Positions 27,514 through 37,909 are shown, counted from the first letter of the stretch. The stretch: 64,000 bases of DNA from an uncultured Solirubrobacteraceae bacterium (GCA_964588985.1 CAZPQW010000003.1:64001-128000), one strand, 5' to 3'. Numbers and translations: made by a program. Notes: generated by a model not told the origin, from the sequence alone.

Positions 27514-28599
27514 TCAATGCCATTGCGTCGTGCGCCAGTTGTCGGTCGGCGACTCCGGCGCGAGCCACTGCGGCAGCGGCAGCTCCAGGCGCTGGCCGAG
27601 CGCGTTGATGTAGGGCTCGTAGATCGAGCGCATCTTCGTCAGGCGCTCTGCGATCGTCGCCTCGTCCGCTCCCGGCTCGACGCCCACCTCGTGCAGCTGG
27701 CGCAGTAGCTCGCGGAGATCCTCGATGGGCAGACGATCGACCTCCGGCGGGGACGGTTCGACGTGGAAGCTGTAGCTGAGGTCCACGACCGCGTGGCGGG
27801 CGATCGCGAACGTGAAGCGCGCCGAGTCGACCGTTCCGGGCGGCGCGGCCGACACGGTGAACGCGCACGCGTCGAGCAGCGCGCACATCGCCGATAGCCA
27901 GTTCTGGTTGACGTGCTGGGAGCGGAAGTAGGCGAGCACGGGGTAGGCGAGGTGGGTCTCCATCAGCTCCGCGACCCACGTCTCCCAGCCGCTCAGGTAG
28001 CGGTTGAGGGCGGGCCAGCCGTCGCGCTGGGTGGAGCGCAGCACGAGTCGCCCCGCACTGGGAGGCGAGCCCGCGCGCGCGTCGAGCTGCGAGACGGTCG
28101 CCTCGCGGCGGGAGAACGCCTGGTAGAGGGAGGGCAGGTAGCCGATCACGATCGCGATCACCGCGAGGCCGCTGCCCGCGTCGACCACCTGGACGATGCG
28201 CGCGAACGTGCTGTGCGCGCCCATCCCGTCGGGTGCGCTCGCGGCCATCGTCGCGGCGCTGAAGTACAGGTCGTTGCCGAAGCTCACCGCGTGTCCGACC
28301 GTGAGGTGCGAGCCGCCGGCCCACTGCAGGCACGCGTAGCCGAGCATCATCGCCGCGACCCACAGCACGAGGTTCAGCAGCAGCCCAAACGGGCCGTAGA
28401 TCCCGAGCATCGTGTCCGCCGCCTGGGCGGGCAGCCGGCGCGCCATCCACCGCCACGGACCCCACGCGAACGTGAAGATCGAGCGCACGATCTTCGGGTC
28501 GCGCTTGACCCGCCGGGGAAGCAGGAACGCGACGAAGATCTCCATCAGCATCGACAGCACCAGCGCGCCGCCGAACAGCCCCACGAGGACGCGGATCAC
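27514..28599 (-). CDS. potassium-channel-like membrane protein
   Basis: TM helices, LYFSAAT pore-helix-like segment, IGYLPSLYQAFSRRE, ETHLAYPVLAYFRSQH. Confidence 0.7.
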   Translation of the reverse strand: MIRVLVGLFGGALVLSMLMEIFVAFLLPRRVKRDPKIVRSIFTFAWGPWRWMARRLPAQAADTMLGIYGPFGLLLNLVLWVAAMMLGYACLQWAGGSHLTVGHAVSFGNDLYFSAATMAASAPDGMGAHSTFARIVQVVDAGSGLAVIAIVIGYLPSLYQAFSRREATVSQLDARAGSPPSAGRLVLRSTQRDGWPALNRYLSGWETWVAELMETHLAYPVLAYFRSQHVNQNWLSAMCALLDACAFTVSAAPPGTVDSARFTFAIARHAVVDLSYSFHVEPSPPEVDRLPIEDLRELLRQLHEVGVEPGADEATIAERLTKMRSIYEPYINALGQRLELPLPQWLAPESPTDNWRTTQWH

Positions 28600-29510
28600 G
28601 ATCCCATCCCCGCGATCTCGAGCAGCTCGCCCGTGGGCTCGTGGTCGACCTGCAGCGTCGTGTGGTCGAGCGCGAAGCGCTCCCGCAGCATCGCCTCGAG
28701 CGCCCGACGCACGAGGTGGCAGTCGTTCTCCGCGCCCACCAGCACGTGCGCGGAGAGCGCCGGAAAGCCGCTCGTGACCTCCCACACGTGCAGATCGTGC
28801 ACCTCCACCACGCCCGCCTGAGCGACGAACGCAGCGCCGATCGTCTCTGGGTCAAGGCCCTCGGGGGCGGCCTCGAGGAACACGCGAGCGGAGGCCTTCA
28901 CCAGCGATACGCCCGCGCGGAGCATCAGCGCGGCGATCAGCAGCGACACGATCGGGTCGGCGCGCTGGAAGCCGGTCGCGAGGATCACGCCCGCCGCGAT
29001 GGCCGTGCCGACGAACCCGTAGAGGTCGGTGAGGAGGTGCTGGAAGCTGCCCTCGACGTTCAGGCTGCGGCGGTTCGCGCTCGCGAGCATCCACACCGCG
29101 GCGAGGTTCACCACCACGCCGACCAGCGCGACGCCCAGGATCAGCCCCGCGCGGACGTGGGGAGGGTCGAACAGGCGCCGGATGGCCTCGTAGGAGATGA
29201 ACGCCGCGAGGATCAGCAGCGTCACGCCGTTGGCCTGCGCGGAGAGGATCTCCACACGCCGAAATCCGAACGTCATCGCGCCCGCCGCCGGACGTGCCGC
29301 GAGCCGCAGCGCCACGAGCGAGAGGGCGATCCCGCCGGCGTCGGTGAGCATGTGTCCCGCGTCGGAGAGCAGCGCGAGCGAGTGCGCGATCACGCCGACC
29401 GTCACCTCGACCGCCATGAACGCGAGGATCAGCCCGAGCGCGCCCGCGAGGCGGCCACGATCGGCCTCGGCGTCGATGGCGTGGCTGTGTCCGGCGTGGT
29501 CGTGTGTCAC
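28596..29510 (-). CDS. cation diffusion facilitator, CzcD-like
   Basis: His-rich N-terminus; SLALLSDAGHMLTD; VHDLHVW; HTTLQVD. Confidence 0.9.
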   Translation of the reverse strand: MTHDHAGHSHAIDAEADRGRLAGALGLILAFMAVEVTVGVIAHSLALLSDAGHMLTDAGGIALSLVALRLAARPAAGAMTFGFRRVEILSAQANGVTLLILAAFISYEAIRRLFDPPHVRAGLILGVALVGVVVNLAAVWMLASANRRSLNVEGSFQHLLTDLYGFVGTAIAAGVILATGFQRADPIVSLLIAALMLRAGVSLVKASARVFLEAAPEGLDPETIGAAFVAQAGVVEVHDLHVWEVTSGFPALSAHVLVGAENDCHLVRRALEAMLRERFALDHTTLQVDHEPTGELLEIAGMGS

Positions 29511-29585
29511 GGCTCCAAGATACGCCCCGCGCAGGACCGGCTCACCTGCGGCAATGCCGCCCGTCCGACGTTCTAGTCTCCAGCG

Positions 29586-30962
29586 ATGGCGCGGGTCCAC
29601 GACAGCGAGCGGGAGCTCGCACGGCGCACCACGCTCGTGTCGATCGCCGTCGCCGGCGTGCTCGTCGCGATCAAGCTCGGCGTGGGCCTCGCCACGCACA
29701 GCCTCGGCCTGATCTCCGCCGGCATCGAGTCCAGCGGCGACGTGGTCGCGGCGGTGCTGACGTTCTTCGCGGTGCGCCTCGGCGGGCGCCCGGCCGATCA
29801 CGGCCACCCCTACGGGCACCGGCGCGCGGAGAACCTCGGCGCGCTCGGAGAGGCGGCGATCCTGCTGATGGGTGGGCTGCTGGTGGCGGTCGACGCGGGT
29901 CGGCACCTGATCGAAGGCGGCGGGGCGCCCCGGATTCACTGGTACCAGTTCGCGGTGATCGCGCTCGCGGTGATCCTCGACCTCAGTCGCACCCGCGTGT
30001 CGCTCAACGCAGCTCGCCGCGTCGGCAGTCCCGCGTTGCGCTCCAACGCACTGCACTTCGCCGGCGACATGGCGGGGTCGCTGGCGGTGCTCGTCGGGCT
30101 GCTGACAGTGCACTGGGGCTTCCACCAGGGCGACGCGATCGCCGCGCTGCTCGTCGCCGCGATCATCTTCATCGCCGCCACGCGGCTGATCGCGGAGAAC
30201 GCGAACGTGCTGATGGACCGCACTCCGGCGCAGGCTCGAGCCGCGGCGGAGCTCGCGATCGCGGGCCTGGGGGAGGACGTGGAGCTGAGTCGGCTGCGGC
30301 TGCGCGAGTCCGCCGGTCGCTACTTCGCCGACGTGGTCGTGAGCGTCCCGCCCGGACAGGCGGTCGTCGAGGGCCACCGCACCGCCGATCTGATCGAGGG
30401 CGCCGTCGAGCAGGCGCTGCCGGGTAGCGACGTGGTGGTGCACGTGGAGCCGCGGCGCAGCGGGCTGGACCTGCGCGACCGGGTGCTCTCGATCGCGCTG
30501 TCCGAGCCGCTCGTCAGGGAGGCGCACGACATCTCCATCTTCGAGCAGCAGGGCACCACGAGCGTGTCGCTGCACCTGAAGTTCCCCGACGACCTCGACC
30601 TCCAGGAGGCGCACGAGATCGCCGAGCGCGTCGAGCAGGAGATCCGCTCGCGCCCCGGCGTCGACGACGTGCAGACCCACCTCGAGCCGCTCGAGCGCCC
30701 GCTCCACGCGCGGCGTCCCGACGAGGCCTCGGACCTGCTGGCGGTCAACGAGATCGAGGAGTACGTGTGCGAGCGCACCGGCGCGGACCCACATCGAGTG
30801 AGGCTCCTCTCCACCGACGCCGGGCGCGTGGTGTTCCTCACGCTCGGGTTGGGCGCCGGCGTGTCGCTGACCGACGCGCACAGGCTGGCGAGCGAGCTCG
30901 AGGACGAGCTGCACCAGCGGGTCGAGGGCATCGTCGAAGTGGTCGTGCACACCGAGCCGTAG
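29586..30962 (+). CDS. cation diffusion facilitator, FieF-like, with three C-terminal domains
   Basis: PADHGHPYGHRRAENL; ALHFAGD; three H-x-EP-ending domains. Confidence 0.88.
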   Translation: MARVHDSERELARRTTLVSIAVAGVLVAIKLGVGLATHSLGLISAGIESSGDVVAAVLTFFAVRLGGRPADHGHPYGHRRAENLGALGEAAILLMGGLLVAVDAGRHLIEGGGAPRIHWYQFAVIALAVILDLSRTRVSLNAARRVGSPALRSNALHFAGDMAGSLAVLVGLLTVHWGFHQGDAIAALLVAAIIFIAATRLIAENANVLMDRTPAQARAAAELAIAGLGEDVELSRLRLRESAGRYFADVVVSVPPGQAVVEGHRTADLIEGAVEQALPGSDVVVHVEPRRSGLDLRDRVLSIALSEPLVREAHDISIFEQQGTTSVSLHLKFPDDLDLQEAHEIAERVEQEIRSRPGVDDVQTHLEPLERPLHARRPDEASDLLAVNEIEEYVCERTGADPHRVRLLSTDAGRVVFLTLGLGAGVSLTDAHRLASELEDELHQRVEGIVEVVVHTEP

Positions 30963-31037
30963 AGACGGACGGGAAGGATCGCGCTCGCTTCGGCATCTAC
31001 ATGGCCGAGCACCCCGTCCAGCCATCAGGAGGTACAG

Positions 31038-31589
31038 GTGAAGAGTCCAGTCATGCTCGCCGGCGCCGCGGCCGCGCTCGCGCTGCTGTCCGGCTGCGGA
31101 AGCAGCAACAGCTACAGCTCGACCACGTCCAGTTCCAAGAGCGCGGCCGCCACGGGCGGCTCCGCCTACAGCCACGTAAGCTCGACCACCAAGAGCACGA
31201 CGGCAAGCACCCCCGCGGCGAGCGGAGTGGCGATCACGACGAAGCACTCCAAGCTCGGCACGGTGCTCGCGGCCGGCCCGAAGAAATTGACCGTGTACCT
31301 GTTCGAGGGCGACAGGGGCGGAGCATCCGCCTGCACGGGAGCGTGCGCGTCGGCGTGGCCGCCGGTGACCACCAGCGGCACGCCCACCAGCGGTGGCGCC
31401 GCGAAGTCAGCCGACCTCGGCACGATCGTGCGCGCCGACGGCACCACGCAGGTGACGTACAAGGGCCACCCGCTCTACTACTTCGTCCAGGACAAGGACG
31501 CAGGCGACGCCTACGGCGAGGGCTCCACCGCCTTCGGCGCCGGCTGGTACGTGCTCGCTCCGAGTGGAAGCAAGATCGACAACTCCTGA
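31038..31589 (+). CDS. lipoprotein with Yx(FWY)xxD repeats (COG4315-like)
   Basis: Lipobox LSGC; LTVYLFEGD, CASAWPPV, QVTYKGHPLYYFVQD. Confidence 0.88.
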   Translation: MKSPVMLAGAAAALALLSGCGSSNSYSSTTSSSKSAAATGGSAYSHVSSTTKSTTASTPAASGVAITTKHSKLGTVLAAGPKKLTVYLFEGDRGGASACTGACASAWPPVTTSGTPTSGGAAKSADLGTIVRADGTTQVTYKGHPLYYFVQDKDAGDAYGEGSTAFGAGWYVLAPSGSKIDNS

Positions 31590-31614
31590 GCACTCGATCG
31601 AGCGATAGATAAAA

Positions 31615-32295
31615 ATGACGGGCATGCGCGTCGAGTGGTTCGGGCAGTCGGCCTTTCACCTGAGCACCGCCGAGGCGGCGGTGGCGATCGACCCGTTCGC
31701 GGACATGTCCGCGTTGGCGAGCGCGCGCGGGATGCAGTTCGACTATCCGCCGATCGTGGACGTGAACGCGGACCTGCTGCTCGTGACGCACGAGCACCGC
31801 GACCACAACGGTGTCGATGCGGTCGGCGGGGAGCCGACGATCCTGCGCTCGACCGCGGGAACCCTCGCCTCGCCGCTCGGGGACGTCACCGCGATCGCCT
31901 CCGAGCACGACGAGCAGGCTGGCACCGCGCGAGGTCCCAACACGATCTTCGTGTTCGAGCTGGACGGGCTGCGCGTTTGCCACATGGGCGACTTCGGGCA
32001 GAGCTCGCTGCGCGCGGAGCAGGAGCAGGCGATCGGAGAGGTCGACCTGCTGATCGTGCCTGTGGGCGGCGGGCCGACGATCGGGGCCGAGCAGGCAGGC
32101 GCGATCGTCGCGCGCCTGTCGCCGCGCTGGGTCGTGCCGATGCACTACCGCACGCAGCGCGTCAACTTCCTCGAGACCGCGGACGAGTTCCTGGACGCCT
32201 CCGCGCACGTCGAGCGCCTCGAGGGGCCGGTCTTCGACACCTCCGGGCTCCCGGATGTTGACGGGCCGCTCGTGGTCGTGCCGGCCGCGCCGTAG
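31615..32295 (+). CDS. MBL-fold metallo-hydrolase
   Basis: THEHRDHN, CHMGD, VPMHY. Confidence 0.9.
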   Translation: MTGMRVEWFGQSAFHLSTAEAAVAIDPFADMSALASARGMQFDYPPIVDVNADLLLVTHEHRDHNGVDAVGGEPTILRSTAGTLASPLGDVTAIASEHDEQAGTARGPNTIFVFELDGLRVCHMGDFGQSSLRAEQEQAIGEVDLLIVPVGGGPTIGAEQAGAIVARLSPRWVVPMHYRTQRVNFLETADEFLDASAHVERLEGPVFDTSGLPDVDGPLVVVPAAP

Positions 32296-32364
32296 ACCTC
32301 GGGGAAGGTTCCATCCGCGGTGGCGTCCTAGCAGGGGAGACCCCCAATGCAGGAGGAGACGACC

Positions 32365-32859
32365 GTGATCCTGAAACAAGCAGCGAAGCGCCCACACTCG
32401 ATCTCGAAGACCACACCGGCCCTGCTGCTCGCGGGCCTGCTCCTGCTGGCGGGGTGCGGGAGCTCCTCCAGCACCACGAGCTCGTCGGCCACCACGCCGA
32501 GCGCCACCGAAGCCACGACCGCCAGCACCGCGACCACGGCCTCCACGCCCGCGCCCAGCACGGGCTCCGCCGGGCAGAAGCTGAGCCTCGAAGCCAACAG
32601 CGAAGGCCAGCTGTCCTACAACACGACCTCGCTGTCGGCGAAAGCCGGCTCGGTGTCGATCGACTTCACGAACATGTCCTCGCTCGGCCACAACGTGACG
32701 GTCGAGTCCGCCTCCGGTGAAACCGTCGGCTCGACGCCGACCTTCCAGGGCGAATCGAAGACGGTCGCGCTCAACCTCAAACCGGGGACCTACAAGTTCT
32801 TCTGCTCCGTGCCGGGCCACCGCCAGGCTGGGATGGAAGGCACGCTGACGGTCAAGTAG
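32365..32859 (+). CDS. cupredoxin (plastocyanin/azurin family) lipoprotein
   Basis: Lipobox LAGC; HNV and FFCSVPGHRQAGM type-1 copper ligands. Confidence 0.9.
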   Translation: MILKQAAKRPHSISKTTPALLLAGLLLLAGCGSSSSTTSSSATTPSATEATTASTATTASTPAPSTGSAGQKLSLEANSEGQLSYNTTSLSAKAGSVSIDFTNMSSLGHNVTVESASGETVGSTPTFQGESKTVALNLKPGTYKFFCSVPGHRQAGMEGTLTVK

Positions 32860-32877
32860 CGCCGCTCGGAGGCGGTC

Positions 32878-33945
32878 TCAGCCGCCGACGACGACGATGT
32901 CGCCGAGCGCGAGCATCCCGAAGACGGTGTGGGCCGCTTCGATCGGCAGCTCCACGCAGCCGTTTGACTGCGGGGTGCCATAGGACGCGCGGGGGTAGCC
33001 GTGGACGGCGTCGCCGCCGTTGAAGTAGTTCACCCACGGCACCCCCGGCACCACGTATTTGGTGCCGTCCACGTCGGTGCCGCTCATTGTGGTGGAGGTG
33101 AAGCGCGAGTAGATCGGGAAGATCCCGCGTTCGGTTTCGGCGCCAGGCACGCCCGTGTTGACCGGGGTGCTGAACACGACGTGGTGGCCACGGTGGACGT
33201 GCAGCGTCTCGGGTATCGACTCGGACACCGACACCCACGTGTAGGGGGTGCGGTTGTGCCTGTCGGCGGTCTCAGCGGACAGCAGTGACGCCCACGTGTC
33301 GTGGTTCGGTTCGCCCGTGGCCGATATGCCGTGGTCGTCCTGGTAGACGGTGAGCGCCCCGCGCGTGGTCGCGTCGAGGTGGCCGATGTCGACCGGAGGG
33401 GCATCGGAGGGGTCGGGCGCGAGCGCACCGCGCGGCGGGTGGAACGCGAGCGCGGCCGCTTCGCCGCGGGTCTCGCGCCCGCTGGGGATGTGGACGGTGT
33501 AGCGGGGGTGGAACTTCGCGCCGAGATAGCCGAGACGGGCGAGCGCCATCTGCACGCCCGCGATCGGCGGGCACGCCACGTTCAGGCCGACCGTGTGGCG
33601 ACGGCCGAGTTCGCGCCCGTTTGTGACATGGGTGTGCGCCCACACGGTCAGCGTGTAGCTCGAGCACGGTTCGAGCGTGGAGGTGGGGGTGAACACCTCC
33701 GCATTGCCCACGATGCTCCACGTGCCAGCCACCGTGGGGTGGAGCGTCGGTGGCGGCGAGTCTGGCGCCGGAGGACCGGACATCGTGACCTTCAGCGGGC
33801 TCGTGCCGTTGGAGATCGTGTGCGATGGAAGCGCGAGCAGTCGCGTGCCGGCAGGCGACGTTTCGGGCGCGGCCGGCGTGGCGGCGCTCGCCGGTAGCGC
33901 TCCCGCAAGCGCGAACAGAGCCTGTACGGCAACGGTCGCGAACAT
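32878..33945 (-). CDS. L,D-transpeptidase with peptidoglycan-binding domain
   Basis: DAVHG...SNGCVEL active site; signal peptide; start uncertain. Confidence 0.85.
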   Translation of the reverse strand: MFATVAVQALFALAGALPASAATPAAPETSPAGTRLLALPSHTISNGTSPLKVTMSGPPAPDSPPPTLHPTVAGTWSIVGNAEVFTPTSTLEPCSSYTLTVWAHTHVTNGRELGRRHTVGLNVACPPIAGVQMALARLGYLGAKFHPRYTVHIPSGRETRGEAAALAFHPPRGALAPDPSDAPPVDIGHLDATTRGALTVYQDDHGISATGEPNHDTWASLLSAETADRHNRTPYTWVSVSESIPETLHVHRGHHVVFSTPVNTGVPGAETERGIFPIYSRFTSTTMSGTDVDGTKYVVPGVPWVNYFNGGDAVHGYPRASYGTPQSNGCVELPIEAAHTVFGMLALGDIVVVGG

Positions 33946-33967
33946 CGGACAAAGGCTAACGCGCCGG

Positions 33968-34486
33968 TCAGTCAAGGTAGGTGACGAGCTCGGAGATCGG
34001 CGTTCGCTCCGGCACCCGCTGCTCCTGGACTGGCTCGCCCAGATACAGCAGCCCGACGGGCGTCTCGTCGGCTTGGATCTGGAGGATCTCGCGTCCGCGC
34101 GGGTCGTCGAGCAGCGAGACGGTGCGCCAGTAGCCGGCCAGCCCGCGCGCGTGCGCGCCGAGCAGCACGAGGTAGGCGGCCACGGCGGTCGCGAGCAGGT
34201 CCTCGCGGTCCTGAGCTGGATCTCCCGTGAGGTGTGCGCTGACGGCGACGAGTGTGGGGGCGCGGCGCAGCTTGACCGCCGAGCCGGGCTTCTCCTGCTC
34301 GGCCAGCTCCATCAGCCGCTCGCGCGCGTGCGGGCCGAGCACGCGGAAGCGCCAGGGGTTGGTGAGGTGGTGGTTGGGCGCCCAGCTCGCGAGCTCGAAC
34401 AGCTCGGCGAGCGTGTCGCGGTCGAGCGCGAGCGCTCCGAACGCCTTGTGGGTGCGGCGGGTGCGGATAGCCTTCTCGACGTCCAT
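33968..34486 (-). CDS. nitroreductase family protein
   Basis: IRTRRT, WAPNHHLTNPWRF, AHARGLAGYWRT. Confidence 0.9.
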   Translation of the reverse strand: MDVEKAIRTRRTHKAFGALALDRDTLAELFELASWAPNHHLTNPWRFRVLGPHARERLMELAEQEKPGSAVKLRRAPTLVAVSAHLTGDPAQDREDLLATAVAAYLVLLGAHARGLAGYWRTVSLLDDPRGREILQIQADETPVGLLYLGEPVQEQRVPERTPISELVTYLD

Positions 34487-34506
34487 CGCTCAACCCTAGC
34501 CAGAAG

Positions 34507-35307
34507 GTGTCCGTTGTCGTCCGCAGCACACTCGAACGTTGGCCTGAGTTGACCGCCGGCGAAATCGTCGCGATCGCCCTCGCGGGCCTCGCGGCGGGCA
34601 CGATCAACACCGTCGTCGGCAGCGGGACGCTGATCACCTTCCCCGTGCTGCTCGCGTTCGGCTACGCACCCGTCACAGCGAACGTGTCGAACACGATCGG
34701 CCTCGTGCCGGGCTCGGTCTCGGGTGCGATCGGCTATCGCCGCGAGCTCTCCGGCCAGGCGCGGCGCGCGCTGCGGTTCGGGACGATGTCGGTGGCGGGC
34801 GGCATCACCGGCGCGGTGCTGCTGCTGGTGCTGCCCTCGTCGGCGTTCAAGGACATCGTGCCGGTGTTCATCCTCGCCGCGCTCGCGCTCACGGTCGCGC
34901 AGCCGCGCATCGCGCGCTGGATGCTCAGGCGCGACATCGATCTCGATGGCAGGGACGGCGGCGTGCTCACGCTGCTCGCGGTCTACCTCACGGGCGTGTA
35001 TGGCGGCTACTTCGGCGCCGCGCAGGGGATCATGCTGCTCGCGATCCTCGGCGTGGCGCTGTCCCAGGACCTGCAGCGCACGAACGCGCTCAAGAACGTG
35101 CTCGCGGGGCTCGTCAACGGCGTGTCGGGCCTGTATTTCATCTTCGCCGCGCACGTCGACTGGGCGCCCGCGGGGATCATCGCGTGCACGTCGATCGCGG
35201 GCGCTCAGCTGGGTGCGCGCTACGGGCGACGTTTGCCGCCGGCGGCATTGCGGGCAACGATCGTGGCGGTGGGTGTGTTCGCGATCGTGCGCTTGGTGGT
35301 CTACTGA
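34507..35307 (+). CDS. TauE/SafE family membrane protein
   Basis: AGTINTVVGSGTLITFP; YGGYFGAAQG. Confidence 0.9.
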   Translation: MSVVVRSTLERWPELTAGEIVAIALAGLAAGTINTVVGSGTLITFPVLLAFGYAPVTANVSNTIGLVPGSVSGAIGYRRELSGQARRALRFGTMSVAGGITGAVLLLVLPSSAFKDIVPVFILAALALTVAQPRIARWMLRRDIDLDGRDGGVLTLLAVYLTGVYGGYFGAAQGIMLLAILGVALSQDLQRTNALKNVLAGLVNGVSGLYFIFAAHVDWAPAGIIACTSIAGAQLGARYGRRLPPAALRATIVAVGVFAIVRLVVY

Positions 35308-35349
35308 GCGAGGGCAATCGTCAACGCCAGCAAGCGAGGAACCAGACCA

Positions 35350-36756
35350 ATGAGCGAAGTGGAGCAGCATCGCAAGGCGGACGTGCTGGTCATATTCGGC
35401 ATCACCGGAGACCTCGCGAAGAAGATGACGCTGCGCTCGCTCTACCGCTTGGAGTCGCGCGGATTGCTCGACTGCCCGATCGTGGGCGTCGCCGTCGAGG
35501 ACTGGACCGTCGAGCGGCTGCGCGAGCACGCCCGCGAATCGATCGAGGCGGCGGGGGAGACGATCGACGAGACCGTGTTCGAGCGTCTCGCGGCTCGACT
35601 GTCCTACGTGAGCGGCGACTTCGCCGACGACGCCACCTACGGGCGCATCGCCGACGCGATCCGCGAGCACCACACCCGCGTCTTCTATCTGGAGATCCCG
35701 CCGTCGCTGTTCGCCACCGTCATCAAGGGCCTGTCCGAGGCGAAGCTGATCGAAGGCGGGCGCGTGGTGGTCGAGAAGCCGTTCGGCCACGACCTGGCCT
35801 CGGCACGGGCGCTCTCGGCCGAACTTCACAACTACCTGCAGGAGTCGCAGCTGTTCCGGATCGACCACTTCCTCGGGAAGATGGGCCTCGAAGAGATCCT
35901 CTACCTGCGCTTCGCCAACTCGATGCTCGAGCCGGTGTGGAACCGCAACTACCTCGCGTGCGTGCAGATCACCATGGCGGAGAGCTTCGGGGTCGAGGAC
36001 CGCGGGCACTTCTACGACCCGGTGGGCGCGCTGCGCGACGTCGTCGTAAATCACCTGCTTCAGCTGATGGCGGCCGCCGCGATGGAGCCGCCCGCGGGCG
36101 ACGACGTGGAAACGATCAAGGACGCGAAGTTCGCGGTCTTCCGCGCGACCGCCGACGCCGACCCGGCGCACCACGTACGCGGCCAGTACGACGGCTACCG
36201 GGCGATCGACGGCGTGGCGAGCGAGTCGGATACTGAGACCTATGCGGCGCTGCGCCTGGAGATCGACAACTGGCGCTGGGCGGGCGTGCCGTTTTACATC
36301 CGCACCGGCAAGCAACTGCCCGTCACGCAGACCGAGCTACGCCTCGTGTTCAAGCACCCGCCGCGGCTGGGGTTCATGGGCAAGGCGCATCGCCGGCCGC
36401 AGCCGAGCCAGATCGTGATCAAGATCGATCCCGCGACGGGCGTGCGGATCGTGCTCGACGCGCAGCGCGCCGACCGCTCCGGCCCGCAGGAGATCGAGCT
36501 CGACATGGAGTTCGCGCAGGAGGGAGGGGAGGGCGCGACCCCGTACGAGGTACTGCTCCACGCGGCGCTAGTCGGCGACAGCACGCACTTCACCCGCGAG
36601 GACAGCGTCGAGGCGTGCTGGCGGATCGTGCAGCCGCTGCTCGACTCGCCGGGGCCCGTGCACCCGTACGCGAAGGGAACGTGGGGTCCGGAGGAGGCTG
36701 AGCGGCTCACCGCGGGGCTTGGGGGGTGGCATGGTCCGTGGGTGCCGGCCGGGTGA
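35350..36756 (+). CDS. zwf: glucose-6-phosphate dehydrogenase
   Basis: IFGITGDLA, EKPFGHD, RIDHFLGK, WRWAGVPFYIRTGK. Confidence 0.95.
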   Translation: MSEVEQHRKADVLVIFGITGDLAKKMTLRSLYRLESRGLLDCPIVGVAVEDWTVERLREHARESIEAAGETIDETVFERLAARLSYVSGDFADDATYGRIADAIREHHTRVFYLEIPPSLFATVIKGLSEAKLIEGGRVVVEKPFGHDLASARALSAELHNYLQESQLFRIDHFLGKMGLEEILYLRFANSMLEPVWNRNYLACVQITMAESFGVEDRGHFYDPVGALRDVVVNHLLQLMAAAAMEPPAGDDVETIKDAKFAVFRATADADPAHHVRGQYDGYRAIDGVASESDTETYAALRLEIDNWRWAGVPFYIRTGKQLPVTQTELRLVFKHPPRLGFMGKAHRRPQPSQIVIKIDPATGVRIVLDAQRADRSGPQEIELDMEFAQEGGEGATPYEVLLHAALVGDSTHFTREDSVEACWRIVQPLLDSPGPVHPYAKGTWGPEEAERLTAGLGGWHGPWVPAG

Positions 36757-36807
36757 GCGGAGACGGTCACGGCTGACTGAACTGTGCGCTTGGTATTCTG
36801 ACACCGT

Positions 36808-37167
36808 ATGCGGTGTCAAGAGACAGATGCAGTCGCGCTGTTGCGCGAAGCGAGAAAACGCCAAGGCGTCAGCCAACGAGGGCTTGCGCTGCGCGCAGGG
36901 ACCAGTCAGGACGCGATCAGCCGCATCGAGCGTGGCGTCGAGTCGCCGACGCTCGAGCGGCTCGCCAACCTGCTGATGGTGCTCGGCGAGCGCCTCAAGC
37001 TCGACGCGACGCAAGTGCCCGACCTCGAGGGGACGGCCGTGCTGCCCACAGCGCGCGAGCGGCTGCGCGAGGCGGCATCCTGGAATCTGGTTGCCACCCA
37101 GCTGGAGATCGCGGGGGCAGAGGCACGAAGGGCCAGCCATCGGGCGACGCGTCGCGTGAGCTCGTGA
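36808..37167 (+). CDS. XRE-family HTH protein
   Basis: LREARKRQGVSQRGLA..TSQDAISRIERG..PT. Confidence 0.85.
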   Translation: MRCQETDAVALLREARKRQGVSQRGLALRAGTSQDAISRIERGVESPTLERLANLLMVLGERLKLDATQVPDLEGTAVLPTARERLREAASWNLVATQLEIAGAEARRASHRATRRVSS

Positions 37168-37670
37168 GCGACTCGCCCGAGCGCCCGCTGGATCTCCGAG
37201 AGCTGTTTCGGGCGCTCGCCGAGCACGGCGTGGACTACCTGGTGATCGGCGGGGTTGCAGCGCAGGTGCATGGACGCCGGCGCACAACCAAGGATCTGGA
37301 CGTCATACCCGCACCCGACCAGGAGAACTTCGAGCGACTGACAGCGGCACTCGTGACTCTCGACGCTCATCCCGCCGAGCTCGGGCCCGGCGCTCCGACG
37401 CCCACTGCGGAGCAGCTCCGCATCGCCCCGATCGTGCCGCCGCTCAGCACTCGACATGGGGATCTGCACATCCTCAACGAGGTCCCCGGTGCCACCGCAT
37501 ATGCCGGAATGCGCGCGCGTGCTCTTACGACCGATCTGGACGGGATCGTTCTGAGCATCGTCGGAGTGGACGATCTCATCCGCATGAAGTACGCCAGCGG
37601 GCGGCCGAGCGATATCGAGGACATCGAGGCCGTTACGACGATCGCGAGAGAAGAGCGCAGAGCCGATTAG
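37164..37670 (+). CDS. nucleotidyltransferase-like protein (putative TA partner)
   Basis: YLVIGGVAAQVHG..TKDLD..LIRMK..GRPSDIEDI; GTGA overlap with XRE gene. Confidence 0.8.
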   Translation: MSDSPERPLDLRELFRALAEHGVDYLVIGGVAAQVHGRRRTTKDLDVIPAPDQENFERLTAALVTLDAHPAELGPGAPTPTAEQLRIAPIVPPLSTRHGDLHILNEVPGATAYAGMRARALTTDLDGIVLSIVGVDDLIRMKYASGRPSDIEDIEAVTTIAREERRAD

Positions 37671-37684
37671 AAACAGGTTCTAAG

Positions 37685-37909
37685 TCAGTTCAGCCGGTCG
37701 ACGAACGTGTAGAGCACCATCGCGCTGACCGACACGCAGAAGATCCGCAGGGCCCACAGCCCGAAGAGCGCTCGTCGGCCGAGGACGGCCCGCGGCACCG
37801 GTCGGAAGGTCTCGTTGACAAGCTGATCGGGCTCCAGGTGCATGATCAGCTCCTGCTCGGGGTGCGGCGCGTGGTGGACGACCGCCTCGCGCCGTTCCTC
37901 CTCGCTCAT
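37685..37909 (-). CDS. small membrane protein downstream of NRAMP transporter
   Basis: 74 aa, C-terminal TM (LWALRIFCVSVSAMVLYTF); ATGA overlap. Confidence 0.65.
   Translation of the reverse strand: MSEEERREAVVHHAPHPEQELIMHLEPDQLVNETFRPVPRAVLGRRALFGLWALRIFCVSVSAMVLYTFVDRLN

Noticed and set aside
28596-31247. 883-aa minus-strand ORF
   Set aside because: Upstream part is antisense to the real CDF and lipoprotein genes; only 28596-29510 is coding.
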